DNA of 48,357 nucleotides from the NCBI GenBank assembly GCA_947307445.1, contig CAMZJD010000001.1, positions 1 through 48,357 of the forward strand. Direction: 5' to 3'. Positions 16,658 to 25,395 of the stretch are shown piece after piece. Both the position numbers and the translations under genes were made by a program. The stretch comes from an uncultured Candidatus Saccharibacteria bacterium. GTDB taxonomy: Bacteria; Patescibacteriota; Saccharimonadia; Saccharimonadales; Saccharimonadaceae. The first letter of the stretch is position 1. Each line of letters begins with the position of its first letter. The notes below the pieces were generated by a model, which made no database searches, had not been told where the DNA came from, and worked only from the letters and a program-made list of their open reading frames with translations.

Positions 16658-17245
16658 ATGAAGCCATACAAACGTGGAATACTACTTTTTATTAAAATCG
16701 CTCTATTAATCTTTGCTGTTGTGGTTGGCATAAAGTGCTTTACCGACCCAAACTATAGCAAATATGGCGGCTTTATCTCTGGCCTCATTTTGCCATTCCT
16801 ACCAGAAGTGGTCGAAAAACTGTTCAAATGTAAATTTGTTTTTCGCATCCAGCTCCTATATTACGCATTTTTGTTTATCGCGCTCGACATGGGTATTTGT
16901 ATGGATCTCTACAGGCTTTGGCCATTCTTTGATAAGATTGTGCACTTTTGTTCGGGTGTTTTCTCAGCCCTAGTTGGCCATTATGCCTTAGTGTATTTTA
17001 AGGTTAATAAATCGCCGAAACTCTTTAAAGCGATGTTTATTATGTTTTTCTCGATTGCAATTGGCGTCCTATGGGAATTCTTTGAGTTTGGTTGCGATAA
17101 GCTTCTTGGCCAGAGTATGCAGCAATTAATTTCAACCGGCGTTGATGACACAATGTTTGATTTAATTGCCGCCACGCTTGGCGCTGGTCTAGGCGGCTGG
17201 CTGCTAACTGTGCCAAACCTCGTTGAGTTTTTGGAAGCGGAATAA
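16658..17245 (+). CDS. Hypothetical integral membrane protein
   Basis: 195 aa with 5-6 hydrophobic helices. No family recognised with confidence. Confidence 0.6.
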   Translation: MKPYKRGILLFIKIALLIFAVVVGIKCFTDPNYSKYGGFISGLILPFLPEVVEKLFKCKFVFRIQLLYYAFLFIALDMGICMDLYRLWPFFDKIVHFCSGVFSALVGHYALVYFKVNKSPKLFKAMFIMFFSIAIGVLWEFFEFGCDKLLGQSMQQLISTGVDDTMFDLIAATLGAGLGGWLLTVPNLVEFLEAE

Positions 17246-17275
17246 AAAGTCAAAAAATCTTGAATTTACCTCTGT

Positions 17276-17302
17276 TTAGCACACTTGACACGTGAGTGCT
17301 AG
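17276..17302 (+). promoter_or_regulatory. CIRCE-like HrcA operator 1 (overlaps -35)
   Basis: TTAGCACAC-N9-GAGTGCTAG versus the consensus TTAGCACTC-N9-GAGTGCTAA. Confidence 0.75.
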
Positions 17303-17313
17303 CGCGCTACAAT
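17285..17313 (+). promoter_or_regulatory. dnaK promoter TTGACA-17-TACAAT
   Basis: ttgaca (17285-17290), a 17-nt spacer, then tacaat (17308-17313). Confidence 0.65.
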
Positions 17314-17322
17314 GATACTAAA

Positions 17323-17349
17323 TTAGCACTCACATGGTGCGAGTGCTAA
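17323..17349 (+). promoter_or_regulatory. CIRCE HrcA operator 2 (perfect consensus)
   Basis: TTAGCACTC-acatggtgc-GAGTGCTAA. Confidence 0.9.
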
Positions 17350-17388
17350 AACATGAAAAGCGTTTTTAAGCAAGGAGGATAAATCCAA

Positions 17389-19275
17389 ATGAGTAAAATT
17401 ATTGGTATTGACCTTGGTACCACCAACTCGGCTTTTGCCTATATGGTTGCCGGTAAGCCAGAGGTTATTACGAATAGCGAAGGCGACCGCACAACGCCAT
17501 CCGTTGTCGCTGTCACCAAAAAAGGCGATCGTCTTGTAGGTAAGGTCGCTCAACGCCAGCGCGTTACCAATCCAGAAAACACCATTTACGGCATTAAGCG
17601 CTTGATTGGGCGTAAATATGACGACAAAGAAGTGCAAGACGATATTGATATCTTGCCATACAAAATTGTGCGTAAAGGCGCCGGCGTAGCTGTTAAACTT
17701 GGCGACAAGGAAATGACGCCAGAAGAAATATCCGCTATGGTTCTCTCGAAAATTAAGGCCGATGCGGAAGCCTATCTTGGCGAACCAGTTACCGAAGCTG
17801 TCATTACCGTCCCAGCTTACTTTGACGATTCTCAGCGTCAGGCCACTAAGGATGCCGGTAAAATTGCCGGTCTTGAAGTTAAGCGTATCGTCCCAGAACC
17901 AACTGCTGCTGCTTTAGCCTATGGTATTGATAAAAAAGCTGATGAAAAAATCGTGGTCTTTGACCTTGGTGGTGGTACTTTCGATGTATCCGTGCTTGAA
18001 CTAGGCGACGGTGTGCTCGAAGTTAAAGCCACGAATGGTGATACTCACCTTGGTGGTGAGGACTTCGATAACCGCATCGTGGACTACATTCTTGAAGAAT
18101 TTGAGAAAGAAAATAGCATCGATCTTCGTAAGGATGCTGCCGCTATGCAGCGCATTAAAGACGAAGCCGAAAAGGCCAAGAAGGAACTTAGCTCCGCTAC
18201 AGAAACCGATATTAATCTACCATATATTACCGCTGATGCTGATGGTCCAAAACATCTTGAGCTCACGCTTACTCGCGCCAAGCTTGAAGAACTCGTTTCA
18301 CCGCTACTTGATCGCCTTGATGGCCCAGTTAAGAAGGCTCTTGAAGATGCCGATCTCAAGACTTCCGATATTGCTGACGTGGTGATGGTTGGTGGCATGA
18401 CTCGCATGCCAGCTGTGATTGAGCGCGCCAAGAAGCTCTTTGGCAAGGATCCAATGCAGGGTGTGAACCCAGATGAGGTTGTAGCTGTTGGTGCTGCGAT
18501 TCAGGGCGGTGTTCTAGCCGGTGATGTAAAGGACGTTTTGCTCCTTGATGTCACCCCACTTACCCTCGGTATTGAAACCATGGGCGGCGTCCGCACTCCA
18601 CTCATTAACCGCAACACCACTATTCCTACCAGCGCCTCGGAGGTCTTTAGTACCGCTTCTGATAACCAGCCACAGGTAGAAATTAACGTTCTCCAGGGCG
18701 AACGCGAATTCGCTAAGGATAACAAGTCCCTCGGTCGCTTCATCTTGGATGGCATTGCGCCAGCTCCACGCGGTATTCCACAAATTGAAGTTACCTTCAA
18801 CTTGGATGCAAACGGCATCTTGAATGTCACTGCTAAGGATAAAGGCACTGGCAAAGAGCAGAGCATTACGATTCAAAACTCTGGCAACATGAGCAAAGAA
18901 GACATCGAAAAGGCTCAAAAAGAGGCTGAGATGCACGCCGAAGATGATAAGAAGCGTAAAGAGGCCGTTGACGCCAAGAACCAACTCGAGAACGCCATTT
19001 ATCAAGCAGAGAAGATGCCAACCGAATACAAAGACAAAATCTCTGATGACGACAAAGAGGCAATCAAGAAGGCTGTTGCTACTGCTAAAGAAGAATTAGC
19101 CAAGAATGGCGACGATAAAGACAAGCTCGAAGAAGCCACCAAGGCTTTGAATGATGCTATCATGCCGATTGGCGCCAAGATGTATCAACAAGCTTCTTCT
19201 GATGCTAAAGCAGAGAATAAAGACGACCAAAAGTCCGATGGTGACACCGTCGAAGGTGAAGTCGTAGATAAATAA
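17389..19275 (+). CDS. dnaK: Molecular chaperone DnaK (Hsp70)
   Basis: [34 protein letters not shown] aaggagg. 628 aa. Confidence 0.97.
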   Translation: MSKIIGIDLGTTNSAFAYMVAGKPEVITNSEGDRTTPSVVAVTKKGDRLVGKVAQRQRVTNPENTIYGIKRLIGRKYDDKEVQDDIDILPYKIVRKGAGVAVKLGDKEMTPEEISAMVLSKIKADAEAYLGEPVTEAVITVPAYFDDSQRQATKDAGKIAGLEVKRIVPEPTAAALAYGIDKKADEKIVVFDLGGGTFDVSVLELGDGVLEVKATNGDTHLGGEDFDNRIVDYILEEFEKENSIDLRKDAAAMQRIKDEAEKAKKELSSATETDINLPYITADADGPKHLELTLTRAKLEELVSPLLDRLDGPVKKALEDADLKTSDIADVVMVGGMTRMPAVIERAKKLFGKDPMQGVNPDEVVAVGAAIQGGVLAGDVKDVLLLDVTPLTLGIETMGGVRTPLINRNTTIPTSASEVFSTASDNQPQVEINVLQGEREFAKDNKSLGRFILDGIAPAPRGIPQIEVTFNLDANGILNVTAKDKGTGKEQSITIQNSGNMSKEDIEKAQKEAEMHAEDDKKRKEAVDAKNQLENAIYQAEKMPTEYKDKISDDDKEAIKKAVATAKEELAKNGDDKDKLEEATKALNDAIMPIGAKMYQQASSDAKAENKDDQKSDGDTVEGEVVDK

Positions 19276-19297
19276 TCCACGTCAAAGATTATGCTCC

Positions 19298-19332
19298 AAA
19301 AATGACCCCCGTACGAGAGGGGTCATTTTTTG
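19298..19332 (+). terminator. Intrinsic terminator after dnaK
   Basis: atgacccc/cgtacgaga/ggggtcat followed by tttttt. Confidence 0.8.
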
Positions 19333-19348
19333 TTGTATAATATTGCTT

Positions 19349-20440
19349 ATGGATAATGTTTTGGAAATTGTTTTAATTATCGTCATGATTGTTGTATTTT
19401 TTACAACAATAATTTTCATGATGCGCCAAATGAATCAAATCAGCAAATCAATTGATCAAAAAATCGACAAAGAGAATAAACGCACTCAAGATAAAATTGA
19501 CCAGATGAATGAGGCGGTTAATCGTAAGATCGATTACAATAATTCGCGCGTCCAAGATTCCATTTCGCGTCAGCTCACTGAGTCTGGCCGCCAGATGCGC
19601 GACAGCAAGCAGGCGATTGCCGAGATTTCCGCTCGTCTTGCCACCATCAATGAGACCAATAAGCATGTCGAGTCGGTTGCTGACGAGCTAAAAACCCTCC
19701 AAGCGGTTCTACAGAATCCTAAGCAGCGTGGCGTCTTTGGCGAATATTATCTCGACACGGTACTCGGGAATGTCTTACCGGTCGGTTCTTATGATTTGCA
19801 ATACAAGTTCAAAGACGGCGAAATTGTTGATGCAGTAGTCTATCTCGATCAGGGTAAAATCTTACCGATTGACTCCAAGTTTTCGCTCGAAAATTACAAT
19901 CGCATGGTGGCCGCCAAAGATAAAGCCGAGCGCGAGAAATACGCCAAGAAAGTCCGCGACGATTTGAAGGGTCGCATTGACGAAACCGCCAAATATATTC
20001 GCCCCGCCGAAAAGACGATGGAATTTGCTTTTATGTTTATTCCGTCTGAAAGTCTTTATTATGATTTACTCATCAATAAAATCGGCGTTACCGGCACCGA
20101 GCGCGACTTAATTGAATACGCCTATCGTGACAAGAAAGTCATTGTTACTAGCCCTACTAGTTTCATGGCCTACTTGCAAACTATTTTGCAGGGCCTTCGC
20201 AGCCTCGAAATTGAAAAAGACACTGCTGAAATTCAAGCTCGTGTAGCAAAGCTTGGCCAACATATTACAGCCTTTGATTCTTATATGAACAAGCTTGGCT
20301 CGTCACTTGGTACTACTGTTAATCACTATAATGCCGCCCATAAAACACTTGCCCAAATCGATAAAGACGTTATCAAAATTACTTCCGGCGAACCAAGCAT
20401 TGAGCCTGAACTTGTTGATCGTCCACTTTTAGAGGAATAA
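19349..20440 (+). CDS. rmuC: DNA recombination protein RmuC
   Basis: N-terminal TM plus coiled coil. QRGVFGEYYL and LPIDSKFSLENY fit RmuC. ATG 19349 lies 7 nt after TATAAT (19336-19341). The track uses TTG 19343. Confidence 0.8.
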   Translation: MDNVLEIVLIIVMIVVFFTTIIFMMRQMNQISKSIDQKIDKENKRTQDKIDQMNEAVNRKIDYNNSRVQDSISRQLTESGRQMRDSKQAIAEISARLATINETNKHVESVADELKTLQAVLQNPKQRGVFGEYYLDTVLGNVLPVGSYDLQYKFKDGEIVDAVVYLDQGKILPIDSKFSLENYNRMVAAKDKAEREKYAKKVRDDLKGRIDETAKYIRPAEKTMEFAFMFIPSESLYYDLLINKIGVTGTERDLIEYAYRDKKVIVTSPTSFMAYLQTILQGLRSLEIEKDTAEIQARVAKLGQHITAFDSYMNKLGSSLGTTVNHYNAAHKTLAQIDKDVIKITSGEPSIEPELVDRPLLEE

Positions 20441-20443
20441 TTC

Positions 20444-21085
20444 CTAAAAGAATCTAATACTAGTGAAAGGCCAGATGCGCATATTGACTGGACCCTGGAT
20501 GCGGCAGTACGGAACCGTACCAAGCCCACTGCGCGAGTCGTAAGAATTGGCACCTTCGCGGTTGTCGCCCGCTACGAATATTTCACCTTCTGGCACAATC
20601 ATATTGACGCTACCAGAAATATTAACTTTTGGACCATCTTGATCGGATTTTCGAGTATCTAAATCTGGATTAAAGCCTTCTGGGTGTTCGTCATTATAAA
20701 CTGTGAGTGTGCCGTTTTCTACGACTACGCGCTCGCCCGGGAAAGCTATCACGCGCTTGATGATATATTGGTCGGCGATGCCAGTTTGCGGATTGCAATT
20801 TGTAGTCGACGAATTACCACCATTGGCGAATACGATAACCTGGCCACGTTCTGGCACGTATTCTTGTTCGGCAAGATGCGCCAAGGTGACCGGAATTCGA
20901 TTTACAATTACGCGGTCGTTAGAATGCAATGTATTCTCCATGCTGCCGCCCACAACGTTAAAACTACGAAAGACAAAACTATTAAGAATAAAAGTACCAA
21001 AAGCTACTGCGCCGACAAACAATAAGAAACTTAGGATATCTTTGAGTGCAGGGTATTTTTGGGCAAAAGTTGGTTTCTGTTCCAT
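20444..21085 (-). CDS. lepB: Signal peptidase I
   Basis: GGSMENTL (catalytic Ser), IIKRVIAFPGERV (Lys), GDNREGANSYDSR. ATG 21085 (MEQKPTF..) lies 7 nt after TGcTAAAAT. The track's longer start lacks support. Confidence 0.88.
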   Translation of the reverse strand: MEQKPTFAQKYPALKDILSFLLFVGAVAFGTFILNSFVFRSFNVVGGSMENTLHSNDRVIVNRIPVTLAHLAEQEYVPERGQVIVFANGGNSSTTNCNPQTGIADQYIIKRVIAFPGERVVVENGTLTVYNDEHPEGFNPDLDTRKSDQDGPKVNISGSVNMIVPEGEIFVAGDNREGANSYDSRSGLGTVPYCRIQGPVNMRIWPFTSIRFF

Positions 21086-21092
21086 ACAGACT

Positions 21093-21101
21093 ATTTTAGC
21101 A
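21093..21101 (-). promoter_or_regulatory. Extended -10 (TGcTAAAAT) 7 nt before the lepB ATG
   Basis: Minus strand reads tgctaaaat-agtctgt-atg. Confidence 0.45.
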
Positions 21102-21145
21102 TAAGTGGCGAAAAAGCACTCCGCCGTGATAAAATAGAAGACGAT

Positions 21146-21934
21146 ATGGCCGATTTTGTCATGCTCCGCAAAGGGCGGAATGCCCTCAGTACAGTTACGC
21201 ATGTCGTATTAAACATTGCTCTTGCGATTACTACTACGGCGCTCACAGTTATCAGTGGTAACTGGATTTTTGCTGTGCTTTTGGTGATTTTATCAAAATG
21301 GCGCATCGTTGCAGTCCGCCCACGCTATTGGTGGCTTAATTTCAAGGCCAACCTAGTCGATCTAACCGTTGGCATTAGCTTAGTGATGTTGGTATATTTG
21401 GCCGGTTCAGATGGCTTAAACGTCTGGCATATTATTCTCACGGCTATTTTTGCCATTTGGCTAATTATCATTAAGCCAATGAGTAAGACCTTTGCTACTG
21501 AAGTGCAAGCCATGTTTGCCATTTTCTTTGGTACTTTTGCCACCGCGCTAATTACATCGAGCTTTGATTCAATCGTTGGCGTAATAATCTGTTTTATTAT
21601 TGGCTATGGTGCCTCTCGGCATATCTTAATGCAGAGCACAGACCACGATTTTAATATCATCACATTTATCTGTGGTTTGCTACTAGGGGAATTAAGCTGG
21701 ATTTTCTATCACTGGTCGATTGTCTATCGTCTTGGCATGGAACGCGTCTTTATTATTCCGCAACTACCAATTGCTGCTAGCTTGATGTTCTTTGTTTTTG
21801 CACGCGGATACGGTTCGGCTATTCGCCATGATGGCAAAATTCGCACTGATGACATTGTACTACCGGCGCTATTTTCAGCTATCGTTATGTTTGTGATGTT
21901 ATTCTTCTTCTCAGTTGCTAATTTTGATATTTAA
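21146..21934 (+). CDS. Hypothetical polytopic membrane protein
   Basis: About 8 hydrophobic helices. ATG 21146 (MADFVML..) lies 10 nt after TGaTAAAAT (21127-21135). Divergent from lepB. Confidence 0.6.
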   Translation: MADFVMLRKGRNALSTVTHVVLNIALAITTTALTVISGNWIFAVLLVILSKWRIVAVRPRYWWLNFKANLVDLTVGISLVMLVYLAGSDGLNVWHIILTAIFAIWLIIIKPMSKTFATEVQAMFAIFFGTFATALITSSFDSIVGVIICFIIGYGASRHILMQSTDHDFNIITFICGLLLGELSWIFYHWSIVYRLGMERVFIIPQLPIAASLMFFVFARGYGSAIRHDGKIRTDDIVLPALFSAIVMFVMLFFFSVANFDI

Positions 21935-21953
21935 GTCCCAAGAAAGGAGAAAA

Positions 21954-23246
21954 ATGGAGAGTGGGAATTCAAACACAGAGATAAAAACCGAAGTCGCTAA
22001 TCCGGCACCATCGCCTGCGCCAGCGCCAACGCCCGTCGCTAAGCAAGCTGATGATTGGCGCAACTATAAACCAAAAAACAACCCTACACCAGATAATCAT
22101 CCGCCACGCAAACGCAGCGGTGGTGGCGTTGCTGCCGCAATCGTAATCGGCGTATTGGCACTATTAGTAGCTGGTGGCGCGCTTGCGGTATCAATCCTCA
22201 ATATGATTAATGCCAAGAATGTTCAGCCAGTTGCTACCGTCTCTGCTGATGGCTATTACACAGGCAATTCAATTGAGTTTGAAGAAACTTCAATCGCGAA
22301 TATTGTCAGCAAAGTTACTCCGGCTGTTGTCTCAATTATCTCCGAAATTCGTACAACTAGTTATTTTGGCTATAGTGGCACCAGTCAAGCCTCCGGTACT
22401 GGTATGATTGTGACGCCGGATGGTTATATTATTACGAATAAGCACGTGATTGATGGTGCCCGCTCAGTCCAAGTTGTTACTGATTCTGGCGATACTTACG
22501 ATAACGTTGAAATTGTTGGCACGGATCCGTTAAATGACGTTGCATATCTTAAAATTAAAAACGTCAGTAATCTCCCGACTATCCCACTCGGCGATTCGAA
22601 AACCATCGCCGTTGGTCAGCCAGTACTCGCTATTGGTAACGCTCTTGGTGCGTACCAAAACTCCGTCACTCAGGGCATCATTGGTGGTACCGGCCGCAGT
22701 GTCGAGGCCAGTGATTCTAATGGCCAAAACGTTGAATATTTGACCGATATGTTGCAAACTGATGCTGCTATTAACCCGGGTAATTCTGGCGGCCCACTCG
22801 TTAATGCCGCCGGCGAAGTAATCGGTATCAACACAGCAGTCTCTACTGATGCGCAGGGGCTTGGCTTTGCAATCCCAATTTCCGCCGTCAAAGGTATGCT
22901 TAATAGCATTATCGACAACGGTAAAGCTGAGCGTGCTTATTTGGGTCTATCGTATCTCGCTATTACTTCCGAGGTTGCCAAAGAATTCCAGCTCCCAGTT
23001 TCACAAGGTGCCTATATTCACTCAGATAATAACCGCCAAAGCGCTATTGTAAGTGGTGGTCCTGCCGCTAAAGCTGGCCTCAAAGATGGCGATATTATTA
23101 CTAAGATTGGCAATATTGAAGTCGGCCGGGCCGGTTCAATCGCTACATTGGTAGGCGAATACAAAGTTGGCGATACAATCCAAGTCACGATTATCCGCGA
23201 TAAAGAAGAAATGTACGTCAACGTAACACTTGAAGCATACAAATAA
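21954..23246 (+). CDS. htrA: HtrA/DegP-family serine protease with PDZ domain, Pro/Ala-rich N-tail and TM anchor
   Basis: TNKHVI (His), DVAYLKI (Asp), GNSGGPL (Ser), C-terminal PDZ (GLKDGDIITKIG). ATG 21954 follows aaaggag. Confidence 0.9.
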   Translation: MESGNSNTEIKTEVANPAPSPAPAPTPVAKQADDWRNYKPKNNPTPDNHPPRKRSGGGVAAAIVIGVLALLVAGGALAVSILNMINAKNVQPVATVSADGYYTGNSIEFEETSIANIVSKVTPAVVSIISEIRTTSYFGYSGTSQASGTGMIVTPDGYIITNKHVIDGARSVQVVTDSGDTYDNVEIVGTDPLNDVAYLKIKNVSNLPTIPLGDSKTIAVGQPVLAIGNALGAYQNSVTQGIIGGTGRSVEASDSNGQNVEYLTDMLQTDAAINPGNSGGPLVNAAGEVIGINTAVSTDAQGLGFAIPISAVKGMLNSIIDNGKAERAYLGLSYLAITSEVAKEFQLPVSQGAYIHSDNNRQSAIVSGGPAAKAGLKDGDIITKIGNIEVGRAGSIATLVGEYKVGDTIQVTIIRDKEEMYVNVTLEAYK

Positions 23247-23249
23247 CAA

Positions 23250-23279
23250 AAACAGCCACCCGCGAGCGGGTGGCTTTTT
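23250..23279. terminator. Bidirectional intrinsic terminator (htrA / orphan B)
   Basis: agccacccgc..gcgggtggct with an A-run before and ttttt after. Confidence 0.8.
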
Positions 23280-23350
23280 GTTGGGGTAAAACTTAATCGC
23301 CTTTTTCATGCGGTCGTCGCAATCGGCTATGGCGATTGCCGAAGAAGATC

Positions 23351-23821
23351 TCAATCAGCCACGTCGTCTTCGCAATCGTCACAATCGATTACGACCAGGT
23401 CCGATGCATCGGCCATGACAGATACGAGATCGTCGTACTCTTTGCTGATTTTTTCGAGCAGAGCATCGTCGGCATGTTCGTGCAGTGCCGCCATTAAGTC
23501 CGACGCTCCGTCTAAGACGGCCGATAATGCCAACAAGGTTTCATCGAAGCAGAGCTCCAAATCGTCGGTATACCCGTTGAGCTGCTCCAACTTGCGCTGA
23601 GCGACCTTCAGGCGACGGGAAAGCTTGTCGCGATTGCAGATAATCTCGAGTACCAGGGCATTGGGCACAACGACACGTTCGCCATAAGATGACAGCATAG
23701 AGCGCAGACGCGAAGTCATCAGATCCCGGTCGGTAGTGCGGATGCTGCGGGAGAAGAAAGTACCCTGTGCGGGTGCTGGATCCTCGTAGAGGACACGAAG
23801 TTCTTCGATCTTTGTTTTCAT
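23351..23821 (-). CDS. Hypothetical acidic protein (orphan cassette B)
   Basis: 156 aa with SD aaagggg. Very acidic C-terminus (VVIDCDDCEDDVAD). Own promoter. No family recognised. Confidence 0.6.
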   Translation of the reverse strand: MKTKIEELRVLYEDPAPAQGTFFSRSIRTTDRDLMTSRLRSMLSSYGERVVVPNALVLEIICNRDKLSRRLKVAQRKLEQLNGYTDDLELCFDETLLALSAVLDGASDLMAALHEHADDALLEKISKEYDDLVSVMADASDLVVIDCDDCEDDVAD

Positions 23822-23889
23822 GTTTTTAACCCCTTTCTAAAGAACTACGGCATTTTCTAGCAGTTAGAAAATTTTAGCCGATAAAAAAT

Positions 23890-23917
23890 ACTATATCACA
23901 AAATCCCTCTAGCGCAA
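23890..23917 (-). promoter_or_regulatory. Promoter TTGCGC-16-TGaTATAGT for orphan B
   Basis: Minus strand reads ttgcgctagagggattttgtgatatagt. Confidence 0.5.
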
Positions 23918-24001
23918 TCTCTAAATATATGTTAAAATTACAGGGTAATTAATTTTAACGAATCAGTTCCGCGTGGAGTGGAACGAAGGAGAAGGTAGAA
24001 G

Positions 24002-24703
24002 ATGCCTGTTCAAGCAGATATCAAGGAGCTCCTTGCTGCCGGTGCACATTTTGGTCATAAGACTAGTCGCTGGCACCCAAAGATGGCTCCATACATTCAC
24101 AGCAAGCGCCAAGGCGCACACATTATCAACCTCGAAAAGACCGTTGAGGCTCTCGACGAAGCTTTGCCAAAAATGACCGAGCTCGCCAGCAAGGGCAAAA
24201 AAGTTCTTTTCGTTGGCACTAAGAAACAACTTAAAGACACCGTCAAAGAAGTTGCAGAATCAGTTGACATGCCATATGTCACGGTTCGTTGGGTTGGCGG
24301 CATGCTTACTAACGTCGAAACCGTTACCAAACAAATTCGCAAACTCAAAGATCTCGAACGTCGCATGGCTTCTGGCGAACTCGAAAAACGCTACAGCAAG
24401 CTCGAAGTTCAACATTACCAAGAAGAAATCGACACGCTCAACGAGCGCTACGGTGGCATTAAAGATATGGCCGAACAACCAATCGCCGTCATCGTTACTG
24501 ATATGATTCAGGACAAGAATGCCATCAAAGAAGCTAGGACTCTTAACATTCCAGTCTTTGCTATCTGTGATTCCAATACGAACCCAGAAGAAGTTGACTA
24601 TCCAATTCCAGCCAACGACGATGCAATCAAGTCTGTAAAACTCATTCTTGATTACTTCGCTGCCGCCATCAAAGAAGGCAAAGCTAAAATCGCAAAGAAC
24701 TAA
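24002..24703 (+). CDS. rpsB: 30S ribosomal protein S2
   Basis: LLAAGAHFGHKTSRWHPKM. 233 aa. Confidence 0.96.
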   Translation: MPVQADIKELLAAGAHFGHKTSRWHPKMAPYIHSKRQGAHIINLEKTVEALDEALPKMTELASKGKKVLFVGTKKQLKDTVKEVAESVDMPYVTVRWVGGMLTNVETVTKQIRKLKDLERRMASGELEKRYSKLEVQHYQEEIDTLNERYGGIKDMAEQPIAVIVTDMIQDKNAIKEARTLNIPVFAICDSNTNPEEVDYPIPANDDAIKSVKLILDYFAAAIKEGKAKIAKN

Positions 24704-24726
24704 CATTTAAACAAGGAGTTTTTAAA

Positions 24727-25341
24727 ATGGCAGACAAAAAAGCTGCAGCTAAAATCGATATTGAATCCATCAAGAAGCTAAAAGAACTTTCTGGCGTTGG
24801 TTTAACTGATGCCAAGCAGGCTCTCGTAGAAGCTAAAGGCGATTTCGACAAAGCTCTTGCCGCTATGCGCAAAAAAGGTCTCACTAAGGCCGAAAAGCGT
24901 GGCGATCGTGAAACTCGCGAAGGTCTCGTAGAGGCTTACATTCACGATGGTCGCCTCGGTGCTATCGTTGAGCTCAACTGTGAAACTTCTTTCGTAGCCA
25001 AGACTGACGAATTTAAGGATCTCGCACACAAGATTGCTGTGCAAGTTGCTAGCATGAACCCACAATGGGTAGTTTTCGAAGAAATTCCAAAGAAAGTCTA
25101 CGACGCAGCCGTTAAAGAGGCCGAGGCTAGCCTTACCGGCAAAGAACCAGCCGACAAGAAAGATGCTATCATTAAGTCCAAGATTACCAAGAAATTTTCT
25201 GATCGCGTTTTGATGGCACAACCATTCGTCTTTGACGAAGATAAGACCGTTGCCGACGTGATTAAAGAAAGCATTGCCAAGACTGGCGAGAACATTAACG
25301 TCAAACAATTTAAGCGCATCGAACTTGGTGTTACCGAGTAA
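24727..25341 (+). CDS. tsf: Elongation factor Ts (short form)
   Basis: IKKLKELSGVGLTDAKQALVEAKGDFDKALAAMRKKG is the UBA-like N-domain. Immediately downstream of rpsB. Confidence 0.93.
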   Translation: MADKKAAAKIDIESIKKLKELSGVGLTDAKQALVEAKGDFDKALAAMRKKGLTKAEKRGDRETREGLVEAYIHDGRLGAIVELNCETSFVAKTDEFKDLAHKIAVQVASMNPQWVVFEEIPKKVYDAAVKEAEASLTGKEPADKKDAIIKSKITKKFSDRVLMAQPFVFDEDKTVADVIKESIAKTGENINVKQFKRIELGVTE

Positions 25342-25356
25342 TTACGCTCAATAAAA

Positions 25357-25382
25357 AAATATCTCCCAAACGGGAGATATTT
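25357..25382. terminator. Bidirectional intrinsic terminator (tsf / aquaporin); stem identical to 21..46
   Basis: aaatatctccc/aaac/gggagatattt with an A-run before and a T-run after. Confidence 0.8.
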
Positions 25383-25395
25383 TTTGTGTAACTTT

